Origin: a virus
Taxonomy: Duplodnaviria; Caudoviricetes
DNA length: 64,000 bases
Reading direction: 5' to 3' (one strand)
Virus record (IMG/VR): IMGVR_UViG_2829740473_000003
Location: 3,016-67,015 of that record
A model generated the notes under the pieces. That model saw only the letters and a list, made by a program, of their open reading frames with translations, was not told where the DNA came from and did no database searches. This document shows positions 18,691 through 27,044 of this stretch, one piece after another; the first letter of the stretch is position 1, and each line of letters opens with the position of its first letter. A program made the position numbers and the translations under genes.

Positions 18691-19854
18691 TCAGCCGAGC
18701 AGGGTGGCCGCGTGCTCCGACTTCACGCCGGCGACGCCCCACGCCAGGCCGATCTCGATCTTCACGCGCCGGTACTGGCGGTACATCGCGACCTGGAAGA
18801 CGAGGCCGGAGATCGGGTCGGTGACGAGCATCACGTCGTCGGCGCTGTCACCACCCTGCGGCATTGCCGGAACGCGAGCGGCGAGCACGAACGCGTTCTG
18901 GGTGAAAGCGATGTTGGGCGTGTAGCTGTTGCCAATCGACACAGCATCGTTGTCCGCGGCACCGATGATGAGGCCGGGGTTGCCGATGACGATGTCGCCG
19001 GCGGTGGCGGCGAGGCCGGTGTTCACCACGTACTTGTTGGCCGAGTCCGACGCATGGGTGATGATGTCGCCGGCCTTGATGCCCGTGGTGTTCACCGTGA
19101 TGGTGTCGAGGGTCAGAGTGGTCTGCCCCGCCGCCTCGGCGCCGTTGATGAGCTGGCCGGAGGCCGCACCCTTCACGTGCTGCACGAGGCCCGCCGAATA
19201 GCCCATGGTGAAGCCCTGCAGCTGGCGCATCTGGCGCTGGCGGAGCATGGCGCCGGCATCGCCGGACTCGTTCACCTTGAACAGCTCGGAATGCTTGCCT
19301 TCCAGTTTGGCGCGGGCGGCCGAGTTGAGCACCATGACGCGGCCGGTCGCCGGAGCGCCGTTGTCGTCGAGGATGCGATTGATCTCGGCGAGGTCGGAGA
19401 GGTCGCCGGCGGTGGTGAACGGGGTCGTGCCGGCGGTGCCGTAGGCGCGGGAAGCACGGGTCTTCGCCATCGCCGCAAGGTCAGTCTCCACCGCGTTGGC
19501 GATGGTCCGGAAGCCCTGCGCGAACTGATCGGCCAGGATCGTGTTGTACTGGCCGAACTGGCTCACGGACAGCTGCTCCTCACCGGTCCAGCGGATCGGG
19601 TAGGCCTTGGACTTGGTGATCGTCACATCGGCATAGCCGATCGTCTGATCGCCGCTGTCCGCCGGGGTCGCGCCGGCGGTGATGTCTTCAAGCGAGGCGG
19701 CCGGCACGATCGGCGAGCGCACCGTCTGGCCGACGGCGCCGGACTGGGCGGTGGCGTCGCGGTTCACGTTGGGGATGAAGCCGATCTGCTCACGGGAGAC
19801 GACGTCGAGAGCGGTGTAGATGGTCGGCACGAGGCCGGTGAGGGTGTTTGCCAT
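18691..19854 (-). CDS. Major capsid protein (P22 coat-like)
   Basis: MANTLTGLVP..ALDVVSRE..GFIP..GQTVR motif; 387 aa after the scaffold gene. Confidence 0.88.
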   Translation of the reverse strand: MANTLTGLVPTIYTALDVVSREQIGFIPNVNRDATAQSGAVGQTVRSPIVPAASLEDITAGATPADSGDQTIGYADVTITKSKAYPIRWTGEEQLSVSQFGQYNTILADQFAQGFRTIANAVETDLAAMAKTRASRAYGTAGTTPFTTAGDLSDLAEINRILDDNGAPATGRVMVLNSAARAKLEGKHSELFKVNESGDAGAMLRQRQMRQLQGFTMGYSAGLVQHVKGAASGQLINGAEAAGQTTLTLDTITVNTTGIKAGDIITHASDSANKYVVNTGLAATAGDIVIGNPGLIIGAADNDAVSIGNSYTPNIAFTQNAFVLAARVPAMPQGGDSADDVMLVTDPISGLVFQVAMYRQYRRVKIEIGLAWGVAGVKSEHAATLLG

Positions 19855-19855
19855 T

Positions 19856-19928
19856 GGATGGCCCTTTCAGATCGGTGATTTTCTGGGGTTGGGCCATCCG
19901 GCCCGTGCGCCTTTGCCCTATCCGGGGC
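19856..19928 (-). promoter_or_regulatory. GGAU-loop hairpins in the capsid 5' leader, with an alternative RBS-adjacent helix
   Basis: GCCC-CGGATA-GGGC (19915-19928) and GGGC-CGGATG-GCCC (19891-19904); 19856-19864 is complementary to 19891-19899. Confidence 0.5.
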
Positions 19929-19940
19929 GTGGCGTTGAAC

Positions 19941-20699
19941 TCAGTCGACGAGCGTGTACCCGTCGCGCATCTTGGACATCTGGTCGGCCGGGGGGAGCTT
20001 GCCGAATTCTTCGCGGCTCAGCTGCTTCTTGCCCGGATCTCCAGAGCCGCTGCCATTGCGCGAGCCGCTGCCGTTGCCACCCGTGCCCTTCAGGATGTGA
20101 TCCTTGTAGGGATAAGACGACACGAGCGTATCCAGAGCCTCGTCGAAGCTCGCGAGCTCGCCGGGATTGGCCTTGGAGAAGATCTTGTTGCCGTTCTGGT
20201 CGTAGGCCACGACCTTGCCGTCCTCGAGCTTGAAGGACTGGCCAAAACGCGCCTGCACCATGTCGGCGGGGATGACGAACTTCTCGGAGATAATCTTGGA
20301 CCGGGCGAATGCGCCGCCGATCTTCTCGGCATAGAGCTCGCCCTTGAGCTTTTCGTTCTCGGCGGCGACGGGCGCAAACCTCTCTTCGACCGCCTTGATG
20401 GCCTCCGCCTTCACCTTCTCAACCTCGCCGGCGTCGACCAGCTTCTTGGCATCCAGGTTGGCGAGGGTCTCCAGTGCCTTCTTGGCGGCCGCGGCGTCGG
20501 TGATACCCTCGAAGGCCTTCAGCTTGGTCTCGGCGGCCTCCTTCGCCTCTCGGTGGCCCTTCGCCTCGCCATTCAGGCGGGTGATGGTGGCGACAGTGCC
20601 GGGCGCATCGAATGCGACCTCGGACCCGTCATCCCGCACGTACACGGGCTTACCGTCGGACACGACGACGTGCCCGGCCTCATCCAGCTTCAGCTTCAT
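19941..20699 (-). CDS. Capsid scaffolding protein (DUF6651-like)
   Basis: MKLKLDEAG.VV..DGKPVY..EAK.HRE..KLVDAGEVEKVK..GNKIFS..PGELA.FDEAL motif. Confidence 0.85.
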   Translation of the reverse strand: MKLKLDEAGHVVVSDGKPVYVRDDGSEVAFDAPGTVATITRLNGEAKGHREAKEAAETKLKAFEGITDAAAAKKALETLANLDAKKLVDAGEVEKVKAEAIKAVEERFAPVAAENEKLKGELYAEKIGGAFARSKIISEKFVIPADMVQARFGQSFKLEDGKVVAYDQNGNKIFSKANPGELASFDEALDTLVSSYPYKDHILKGTGGNGSGSRNGSGSGDPGKKQLSREEFGKLPPADQMSKMRDGYTLVD

Positions 20700-20708
20700 G
20701 GTTTCCTC

Positions 20709-20778
20709 CGGGCATCCGCCCGCTCAATGGGCCATCCGGCCCGTTCACCGGGGGCGATCCTTGCCCCGGCCATCCGTC
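20709..20778 (-). promoter_or_regulatory. GGAU-loop hairpins in the scaffold 5' leader
   Basis: GGGC-CGGATG-GCCC (20729-20742) and CGGGC-GGAT-GCCCG (20709-20722) abutting the GGAGG RBS; 17-nt identity with 19890-19906. Confidence 0.5.
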
Positions 20779-22339
20779 AGACGGCGGGGCCGTTGTCCGG
20801 AAGCACTGCACCCGTCACCGGGTCGATGTTCTGTTCGCCGGTCGCATCGGCCTGCTCGTCGGCGAGGCGGAGCTGATCTTTCTCATGGTCGTAGTCGTCG
20901 GAGAGAACGCCACGCCGCTTGAACTCCTCGGCGACGGTCTGCTTCGACACCACCCGCTGCTTCTCAGCATTGAGAAGCGCGGTCAGCTCCTCGCCTTCCT
21001 CCGCCTCAACCGAGAAGTCCTTGTAGACTTCGGCCGATGCCTCGTCGGGGATGCCGAGCCATTTGCAGGTGATCGCCAGCGCCTGATCCAGCGCATCCTC
21101 GAACAGGATCGCCCACTTCTGTACCTGTGACGACGCCTTGCGCGACAGGTTGGCCGATGTCACCACCGTGAGATTGGAGCGGGCGAGCGGCTGCATGCCG
21201 AGGTCGCGCATCTGGTCCCGGAAGGTGTTCAGTCGCTCCTCAAGGAACTTCAGGCTTTCCGCCGAAGGCTCGATGAACTTCCACTCGCCGTGGTTTCCGT
21301 CGTTGTTCGGCGGAGCGAAGAGCACGCTACGCGGGCCGACCGGGACAACGATGGCCTCGCCCTCCTTATCCACCGGCGGGTTCACGCCGTTGCCCGCCAG
21401 CATGGGAAACGCGGTGAGCATGGAGATGCTCTTGAGGTTCGCCTCCTGCTGGTATTCCTCGACCTGCATATAGGCGAGGTCACGAAGAGGCGGGATCACG
21501 CGAAACGAGGCGCCGACCCGCTGGCCGATGAATACCGGGACCAGCGGGATTAGGCCGATCGAATAGGCCCCAGCATCGATCTCGACCCATTCGGGTTGGT
21601 CTTTACCGTCCCGCTTCTGCTCCTCGTAAAGCGTCCATGTCGCCGGCCCGAGCGCGGTCGGCGCGCCATCAGGGGTCACATCGAGAAAGGCCCGGTCCAT
21701 CACACGGACGCGCTTGACCTCCTTTTCACCGAACCCATTGCGCACCTTCTCGCATTCCAACACGCGGGCATGGAACAGTGTGTCCACCCCGCCCACGGCG
21801 ACACTATAGGCCGCGATCACCTGTTCGGGAGGCAGGTGGACCCAGTATGGCCGCAGGCCCTGTGCCTGCTCTTCCGCCTGCGATAGGGGGCGTCCTTCGA
21901 CCGTGGGCCGCGCGCGGGTGAAGTCCACCAGGATCCACGTCAGGCCCTTGTCGACGCCCTCCTTGAAGGAATTGCTGGCGAAGACATGCAGGTTGTTGCC
22001 CTGCGCATCGATATTGTCCGCCAACCCTCCGGAACGCTCGCCCTCGACGTCGGCCGTGCCGGCGATTTCCACGGGGGTCGCGTCCGAAAGGCACAGCTCC
22101 TTCGCGAAAGGCTTGCTTGCGAGGTTCCCGCTGATGTCGCCATAGATGTTCGTGAAGGGCGAGAGCGCGACGCGGCTATCGTGATCCGCCGTGGTCTCCT
22201 CAGGGAGCTTTGGCAGGTAGCTCTCGCAGTTCTTCCGCATGGCGGGGGCACCGCCGAGGATGTCCCTCACCATCCCCCAGAACTGTGCCATCGCAGTGTG
22301 ATCGGAAGACGGCGTGGCCGGCGTCGGCTGGTCGGTCAT
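20777..22339 (-). CDS. Portal protein (DUF4055-like)
   Basis: Likely start MTDQPTP; YLPK.P.E..R..F.N..G..VD, PPL.DLA..Q motifs; position after terL. Confidence 0.85.
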   Translation of the reverse strand: MTDQPTPATPSSDHTAMAQFWGMVRDILGGAPAMRKNCESYLPKLPEETTADHDSRVALSPFTNIYGDISGNLASKPFAKELCLSDATPVEIAGTADVEGERSGGLADNIDAQGNNLHVFASNSFKEGVDKGLTWILVDFTRARPTVEGRPLSQAEEQAQGLRPYWVHLPPEQVIAAYSVAVGGVDTLFHARVLECEKVRNGFGEKEVKRVRVMDRAFLDVTPDGAPTALGPATWTLYEEQKRDGKDQPEWVEIDAGAYSIGLIPLVPVFIGQRVGASFRVIPPLRDLAYMQVEEYQQEANLKSISMLTAFPMLAGNGVNPPVDKEGEAIVVPVGPRSVLFAPPNNDGNHGEWKFIEPSAESLKFLEERLNTFRDQMRDLGMQPLARSNLTVVTSANLSRKASSQVQKWAILFEDALDQALAITCKWLGIPDEASAEVYKDFSVEAEEGEELTALLNAEKQRVVSKQTVAEEFKRRGVLSDDYDHEKDQLRLADEQADATGEQNIDPVTGAVLPDNGPAV

Positions 22340-23691
22340 CGCTTCGTCCCGTAGGTTCCGAATATGGGCGCTGCCGCTTGGGCCGCCAGCATCAATTCGG
22401 TGATCGCCCACACCGCGGCATCTGCACGATCAGGAGAGCCAGATCCGAGATAGCCATTGGTCGCGAAGGAGCACATCTGGTCCTCCATCTCCGGGAATGC
22501 CCCGACGTGGCGGACGCAGCTTTGTTCGTACAGGGCGGCCACCGGCTCGGCACGAGCAACCTTGCCTCGGCTCGCGGTCACCTCCCGATAGGAGACCCGG
22601 GGATCAACTGATCGAATGACATGCTCGACCATCGCACCGCCGAAATTGCGCTCGGCGACGATGCGGTCGGCTTTCCACTTCGCAGCAAGTGCGACGGCCC
22701 GGCGCCCCCAGGCCGCCGGCGGCAGCTTGCAGGTCGCGTCTTCGAGGATATAGGCGTTGCCGTCCACCCCCTTCCCGGCCGCCACGATGCCAATCGCGTC
22801 CCCGGTATCCTCTTCGCCCTTCGTCCCAGATGGGTCGACCGCAACGACCACTCGCACCAATTCCGGCGCCTTCCTCACCCGGCACGCGTCGAGCATGTCG
22901 CGCGTCCAGAGCGCGCCCGGCACGTCGTCCAGCACCTCGGCATTCAGCTCCTGCCGTCCGAGTCTGGTGCCCTCGAATTTTTTCACCACTTCCGTTAGGA
23001 ATGTGCCGGCAAGATTGGCCCTGTTTTCATAGGTGGAGCCCCGCGTCGTTCGCGTGGTCTCGGCGGCCATGATCTGCTTCAGCACCGGGATCGGCCGCGG
23101 CGTCGTCGTCACCACCTGGCGAGGTTGGAGGCCGAGGCGAAGGCCGAATTGCAGCTGGTCCCACGTCTCGCCAGCGTATCTCCACTTCGCCAGCTCGTCG
23201 CACCACGCGCCATCATGCTGCGGCCCGCGCAATTGGTCGGGCTCGACGGCGTTGTAAAGAGTCGCGACCGCGCCGTTCGGCCACGTCAGGCGGCGCTTTG
23301 ACGGCTCATAGAGAGGGCGGAACTCTTTCGGGTGCACCGAGAGGATGCCGCTTTCTCCTTCGACCATCACGTCTCGGGCGTCAGCGGCAGTTTCCGCCAC
23401 CAACGCAATGCGGCCCAGCACGCCCCGCGCCAGAGGCGTCGCCCCACACACCACTGAGCGGACCCACTCGGCGCCAGTCCTCGTCTTTCCATACCCACGG
23501 CCAGCGAGGATCAACCACGTCAACCAGTCCCCGGGTGGCGGCAGCTGGTTCGGCCTTGCCCAGAATCGCCAGTCCCACAGGATCTGCTCAGCCTGCCTTT
23601 TCGTCAGGCCCGCCAGAACCCGAGCCCGCTCCGCCTCGGGAAGAGATGCGATCGAGTCGGCGAGCGAGGAGTTCGATGGCGGAACCGTCAT
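22336..23691 (-). CDS. terL: Terminase large subunit (start uncertain)
   Basis: AGRGYGKT Walker A, LRGPQ, WCDE Walker B, VAVDP nuclease and DRADA motifs. Confidence 0.93.
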   Translation of the reverse strand: MTVPPSNSSLADSIASLPEAERARVLAGLTKRQAEQILWDWRFWARPNQLPPPGDWLTWLILAGRGYGKTRTGAEWVRSVVCGATPLARGVLGRIALVAETAADARDVMVEGESGILSVHPKEFRPLYEPSKRRLTWPNGAVATLYNAVEPDQLRGPQHDGAWCDELAKWRYAGETWDQLQFGLRLGLQPRQVVTTTPRPIPVLKQIMAAETTRTTRGSTYENRANLAGTFLTEVVKKFEGTRLGRQELNAEVLDDVPGALWTRDMLDACRVRKAPELVRVVVAVDPSGTKGEEDTGDAIGIVAAGKGVDGNAYILEDATCKLPPAAWGRRAVALAAKWKADRIVAERNFGGAMVEHVIRSVDPRVSYREVTASRGKVARAEPVAALYEQSCVRHVGAFPEMEDQMCSFATNGYLGSGSPDRADAAVWAITELMLAAQAAAPIFGTYGTKR

Positions 23692-24205
23692 GGGCATCGG
23701 GGTCGCTGGGATCGCGCTCCTCGGCATCGAGGTTGTATGCCTGACGCTCCAGCGGGATCAGCCGGGCTCGAACCCTCGTCAGCTTCTCCAACAGATCACC
23801 GGGGCTTTCCTTGTCACCAAGGCATTTGCCTTCGACCGGGTCGCCGTTCAACACAGCGGCAAGGCGCGTGGCCAGGATGTTGGAGATGGCCGTCAGCTGC
23901 GTGATATCACGCCGGTGGGATTGAACGACCTGAAACCCGAGGAGAGAAGCCCCCTCCACAATGTCCCTATCGTTCGCCCGTTGCTCCTGCGAACTCGGCT
24001 GCGAACCATCACTGCGAACCAGCTTCTCGCGAACCGCCTTGCGGACCTGATCGGCGAGCGCCCGCTCCCAGCCTCTGGCCTTGGCTTCCTTCCGGATGGC
24101 GGTGTCGCTGACACCGTGCTTTTTGGCGATCTCACGGATCGAGAGCTGACCGGCGCGGTACAGGCGCTCAATCGCCTCCCAATCCGTCTTTCGCTTCTCA
24201 GACAC
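23588..24205 (-). CDS. terS: Terminase small subunit
   Basis: DWEAIERLYRAG.LSIREIA..GVSD.AIRK.AK..GW HTH; ERQAYNLD C-terminal motif. Confidence 0.85.
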   Translation of the reverse strand: MSEKRKTDWEAIERLYRAGQLSIREIAKKHGVSDTAIRKEAKARGWERALADQVRKAVREKLVRSDGSQPSSQEQRANDRDIVEGASLLGFQVVQSHRRDITQLTAISNILATRLAAVLNGDPVEGKCLGDKESPGDLLEKLTRVRARLIPLERQAYNLDAEERDPSDPDAHDGSAIELLARRLDRISSRGGAGSGSGGPDEKAG

Positions 24206-24217
24206 AGCGTCCTCGCT

Positions 24218-24376
24218 TCAATCCCTGCACCCAAGCCCCGCCGCGTAGCCGAAAGCGACCCACGGCAAGACGCACGCGAACCAGACTACGGCCTCTCCAG
24301 CAGCCGGGGCGTGACCGAGGAAGGATGATGCGAGCCCAGCCACGATGACGACGCTGCCAATCCAGATGAGGGGCAT
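24218..24376 (-). CDS. Small two-TM protein (52 aa), possible holin; not in the ORF track
   Basis: Manual translation MPLIWIGSVVIVAGLASSFLGHAPAAGEAVVWFACVLPWVAFGYAAGLGCRD; stop followed by the terS RBS. Confidence 0.4.
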   Translation of the reverse strand: MPLIWIGSVVIVAGLASSFLGHAPAAGEAVVWFACVLPWVAFGYAAGLGCRD

Positions 24377-24392
24377 TGGGTGGCCGCCTGAT

Positions 24393-24469
24393 TGGTGCTG
24401 CCGGCAGGCATCGAACCCGCGCGCTCCCGCTTACGAGGCGAGTGCTCTACCGAACTGAGCTACGACAGC
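24393..24469 (-). tRNA. trnT: tRNA-Thr(CGU), CCA encoded
   Basis: Full cloverleaf: GCTGTCG/CGGCAGC acceptor stem, GCTC/GAGC D stem, CTCGC/GCGGG anticodon stem with loop CT-CGT-AA, TTCGA T-loop, ACCA end. Confidence 0.92.
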
Positions 24470-24960
24470 GGAGGACTTCGAGAGAGGCCGGACGCGACCC
24501 CGGCCACCTTGCGGGCGGGGCACGATCCCCGCGTTGTGTCGCGCATGACGCGGGTGCTAAAGCGCCGGCTTGCCGAACGCCTACGCACCGCCAGCTACTT
24601 TCCCCTTCAAGCGGAGGCCGTTTCCTACCGGGGCACACAAGGCCCGGGTTGGCTTGCTCTCTCGAAGCTGCATCGACGTGGGCCGGGTTCATTACCGAGG
24701 CAATTGCCCCCCCTTACAGCGGGTTAGCCGCCCTTCTCAGGACAGCGCTCATCACGTCGAACTTGTGTGCGCCGTAGCGCGAAACATCGGGATCGGCAAA
24801 GGGCCCGGGCCCACCGGCTTTCGCCGTCCTCTCCCTGTCGCCGTAGCTTTCCGGCGTGCCATCGCGGGGCCGTGCCGCGCCACCTACTCGCCCGCACCAA
24901 TCGGCACTATCGCGCACCGACCTTCAACACGAGCTTTCGCGCAGGGATTTTAGGTGCCGT
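24470..24960 (-). ncRNA. Candidate large structured non-coding RNA (boundaries approximate)
   Basis: No credible ORF; several GNRA-capped hairpins and two nested long-range helices (9 bp and 8 bp) on the late-operon strand. Confidence 0.5.
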
Positions 24961-25105
24961 GCATCTAGCAGGCGATGACCAGAGGAAATTCCGCTTGCAC
25001 AGGATTGAACGTGCATTGTTGTATTACGCGCCAACTTGATGGGTCGCGGCGGCGAGAGATCCAAAGCACTCACACCGGCTCTTTAGCTTGTACGGAGGAT
25101 CGGAA

Positions 25106-25558
25106 ATGAAAGAACCAATTTTCGCATGCGATCTGGAATACATCGACATCATCAAGCCTGATGAGATCACCGAAATTGTAAGCAGCAAATCTTTCCTTGA
25201 CGGAAAATGGCTATCCAAAACAAAACATAAGCTATTTAACGAACCTGAACTTAGAAAGTATTTTATCCCAATTGATTTTTCATGTTACTCACTGCAATTA
25301 ATAAGTATAATTGAACCAGGAACTATTATACCAGAACATTCACACACAGAGACCGTATATAGATACGTTCTGGATGGCTCATTCGAGCTTAATGGTCTAA
25401 AGTTCGAGCGGGACGATTGGATATTAGTCCCAAAAGATTATAAATATTCAATTATTACAGAAACTGGATACAGAGTTTTATCAGCGTATCATGCAGAATG
25501 CCAAGAATGCCAGTGGCATACTTTGAGCAAACTTCCCCTAGGCAGGATACGGCCGTAA
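25106..25558 (+). CDS. Cupin-domain protein (AT-rich moron)
   Basis: PGTIIPEHSH..YRYVLDGSF..DWILVP cupin motifs; GGAGG RBS; markedly AT-rich. Confidence 0.7.
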   Translation: MKEPIFACDLEYIDIIKPDEITEIVSSKSFLDGKWLSKTKHKLFNEPELRKYFIPIDFSCYSLQLISIIEPGTIIPEHSHTETVYRYVLDGSFELNGLKFERDDWILVPKDYKYSIITETGYRVLSAYHAECQECQWHTLSKLPLGRIRP

Positions 25559-25570
25559 TACCGATGCGAA

Positions 25571-25599
25571 CCGCGCCTCGTTCTTGTCACGAGGCGCGG
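25571..25599. terminator. 11-bp GC hairpin between the convergent cupin and NusG-paralog genes
   Basis: CCGCGCCTCGT-N7-ACGAGGCGCGG; weak U-tract only. Confidence 0.4.
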
Positions 25600-25742
25600 C
25601 AAATACCCATCATTACCCGAATAAAAGGCACAATGTCTCCGAGTATGCGAGCGCTCCCGAAGGCGCTGCTGGGGGGAGTATGGCTGTGCCAGGAGACTTA
25701 CCCTCGTCCAGCACCGCTTATCGCCGATTTGCCCGCCGGGCG

Positions 25743-26396
25743 TCAAGCGGCGGGCTCCAGTTTCCACGTCTCAATTGCCTCCTCCCGTTCTGAGCCGAAC
25801 ATTTGGAGCAAGATTTTCGCGTTAGGTCCCTTCACTTCCACCACGGGGACGACAATGCCCTCGAAGGGGCCTTGAGAAATGCGGACCAGATCGCCACGCT
25901 TGTACTCGCGCCACGTCTTCATGAACTGCTCTTCGTCCGGCCGCACGAGCCCGTTGCGGTAGCTGCCGATCAGCTTCTTCATGCCTTCGGGCCGGACGCG
26001 GCGGGGCTCGCCGTGAACGCCGACGCAGCCGAGCACCGGGCCAATGGAAAACAGGTCGAGCCACGCCGGCACGCCCGGCACGAACCCGGCGAACACATAG
26101 CTGGGCATGAGCGGATAGGGGATCAGCTGCTTGGCCTTCTGGAACCGCGTCTTGCGGCGCCAGCGGCTGTCCGAAGGGCAATAGGTCACGATCCCCTTGC
26201 GGGACAGCAGCTCCTGCACCACGAATTCCTTCTGAGGCGCGACGCGGATCACGTACCATTCCAGGTCGCCAGCGAATTCCAGCAGCAGCTCGGCGCGCAC
26301 CGGCTTGGTGGGGCAGCGCACGATGGTGCCACGCTCGCGCGGCCGGGCACGGTAGATGGTCGGAGCAGTCTTGGGCGCCTCGGTCGTCTTGTCCAT
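25743..26396 (-). CDS. NusG-family (specialised paralog) transcription antiterminator
   Basis: NGN domain WYVIRV.PQKE..PLMPSYVF and KOW domain GDLVRISQGPFEG..ILLQMFG; occupies the lambda-Q position. Confidence 0.88.
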   Translation of the reverse strand: MDKTTEAPKTAPTIYRARPRERGTIVRCPTKPVRAELLLEFAGDLEWYVIRVAPQKEFVVQELLSRKGIVTYCPSDSRWRRKTRFQKAKQLIPYPLMPSYVFAGFVPGVPAWLDLFSIGPVLGCVGVHGEPRRVRPEGMKKLIGSYRNGLVRPDEEQFMKTWREYKRGDLVRISQGPFEGIVVPVVEVKGPNAKILLQMFGSEREEAIETWKLEPAA

Positions 26397-26465
26397 GCTT
26401 CTCAGCCCCTTCGGTTTCGGTCTCGTGTATTCGCCGGGGTGTCGCAGGCCTCGGCGGGTGGTGGC

Positions 26466-27044
26466 TCAATTCGGGAGCAGGGTCCGAAACCGGGCGGCGA
26501 CGCGGGCGCGCTCCTCCTCGGTGATCTCCCGCTCGACCTCGGCTTCCAGCAGCCGGCGGAGCAGCACGGCGTGCCAGCGCGCTGGCCGGGACGCGTCGTT
26601 CGCGACCTCCCGCAGTTGCGGGGGAGTCGGCATGAAGCTGCCCTTCAGCCCGGCCTCGCCCTTCAGGATCCGCCGGACAGCCTCCTCAAGGGCAAAGGCC
26701 GGCACCTCCTCAAGAGCCATGGCGTAGGCTCGGACGTTCGCCTTGGCCGCGGTCGGATCCGTGATCGTCGTCGGGAACGAGCACTGCAGGAGCGCGAGCG
26801 CCGCGCCGACCTCAGCCGGCGAAGCGGGGGCGAGGTGCTGGGCCAAGCGGCAGGACATCTCCGCCACCGTAGCCCTCTGCTCCACCGTCAGAGCGAAAGC
26901 CGCCGGAAGCTTGGGGCGGAGCCCCTCCCCCAGTGCTTTCAAGCACCCAGTCAGCCACGGCGGAGAGACCGACCGAGGATCGAGAAGGGCTTGGCGGAGG
27001 CGGCGGGAAGGGTCCTCGCTGGATAGGGTCAGGTCCTGGTTCAT
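26466..27044 (-). CDS. Hypothetical replication-associated protein (start uncertain)
   Basis: Follows the initiator gene; Y..ALEEVP.FAL..A..R..F.PT..L pattern; large overlap with the upstream gene suggests a later true start. Confidence 0.55.
   Translation of the reverse strand: MNQDLTLSSEDPSRRLRQALLDPRSVSPPWLTGCLKALGEGLRPKLPAAFALTVEQRATVAEMSCRLAQHLAPASPAEVGAALALLQCSFPTTITDPTAAKANVRAYAMALEEVPAFALEEAVRRILKGEAGLKGSFMPTPPQLREVANDASRPARWHAVLLRRLLEAEVEREITEEERARVAARFRTLLPN

Noticed and set aside
24470-24960. Group I/II intron, tmRNA or CRISPR interpretation of the structured region
   Set aside because: No P/Q/R/S elements, no domain V or GUGYG start, no tag/acceptor ends, no regularly spaced repeats
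24982-24993. GAGGAAATTCCG resembling the RNase P RNA GAGGAAAGUCC motif
   Set aside because: Mismatch in the conserved core, opposite strand to the structured region, and no matching 3' P4 partner found
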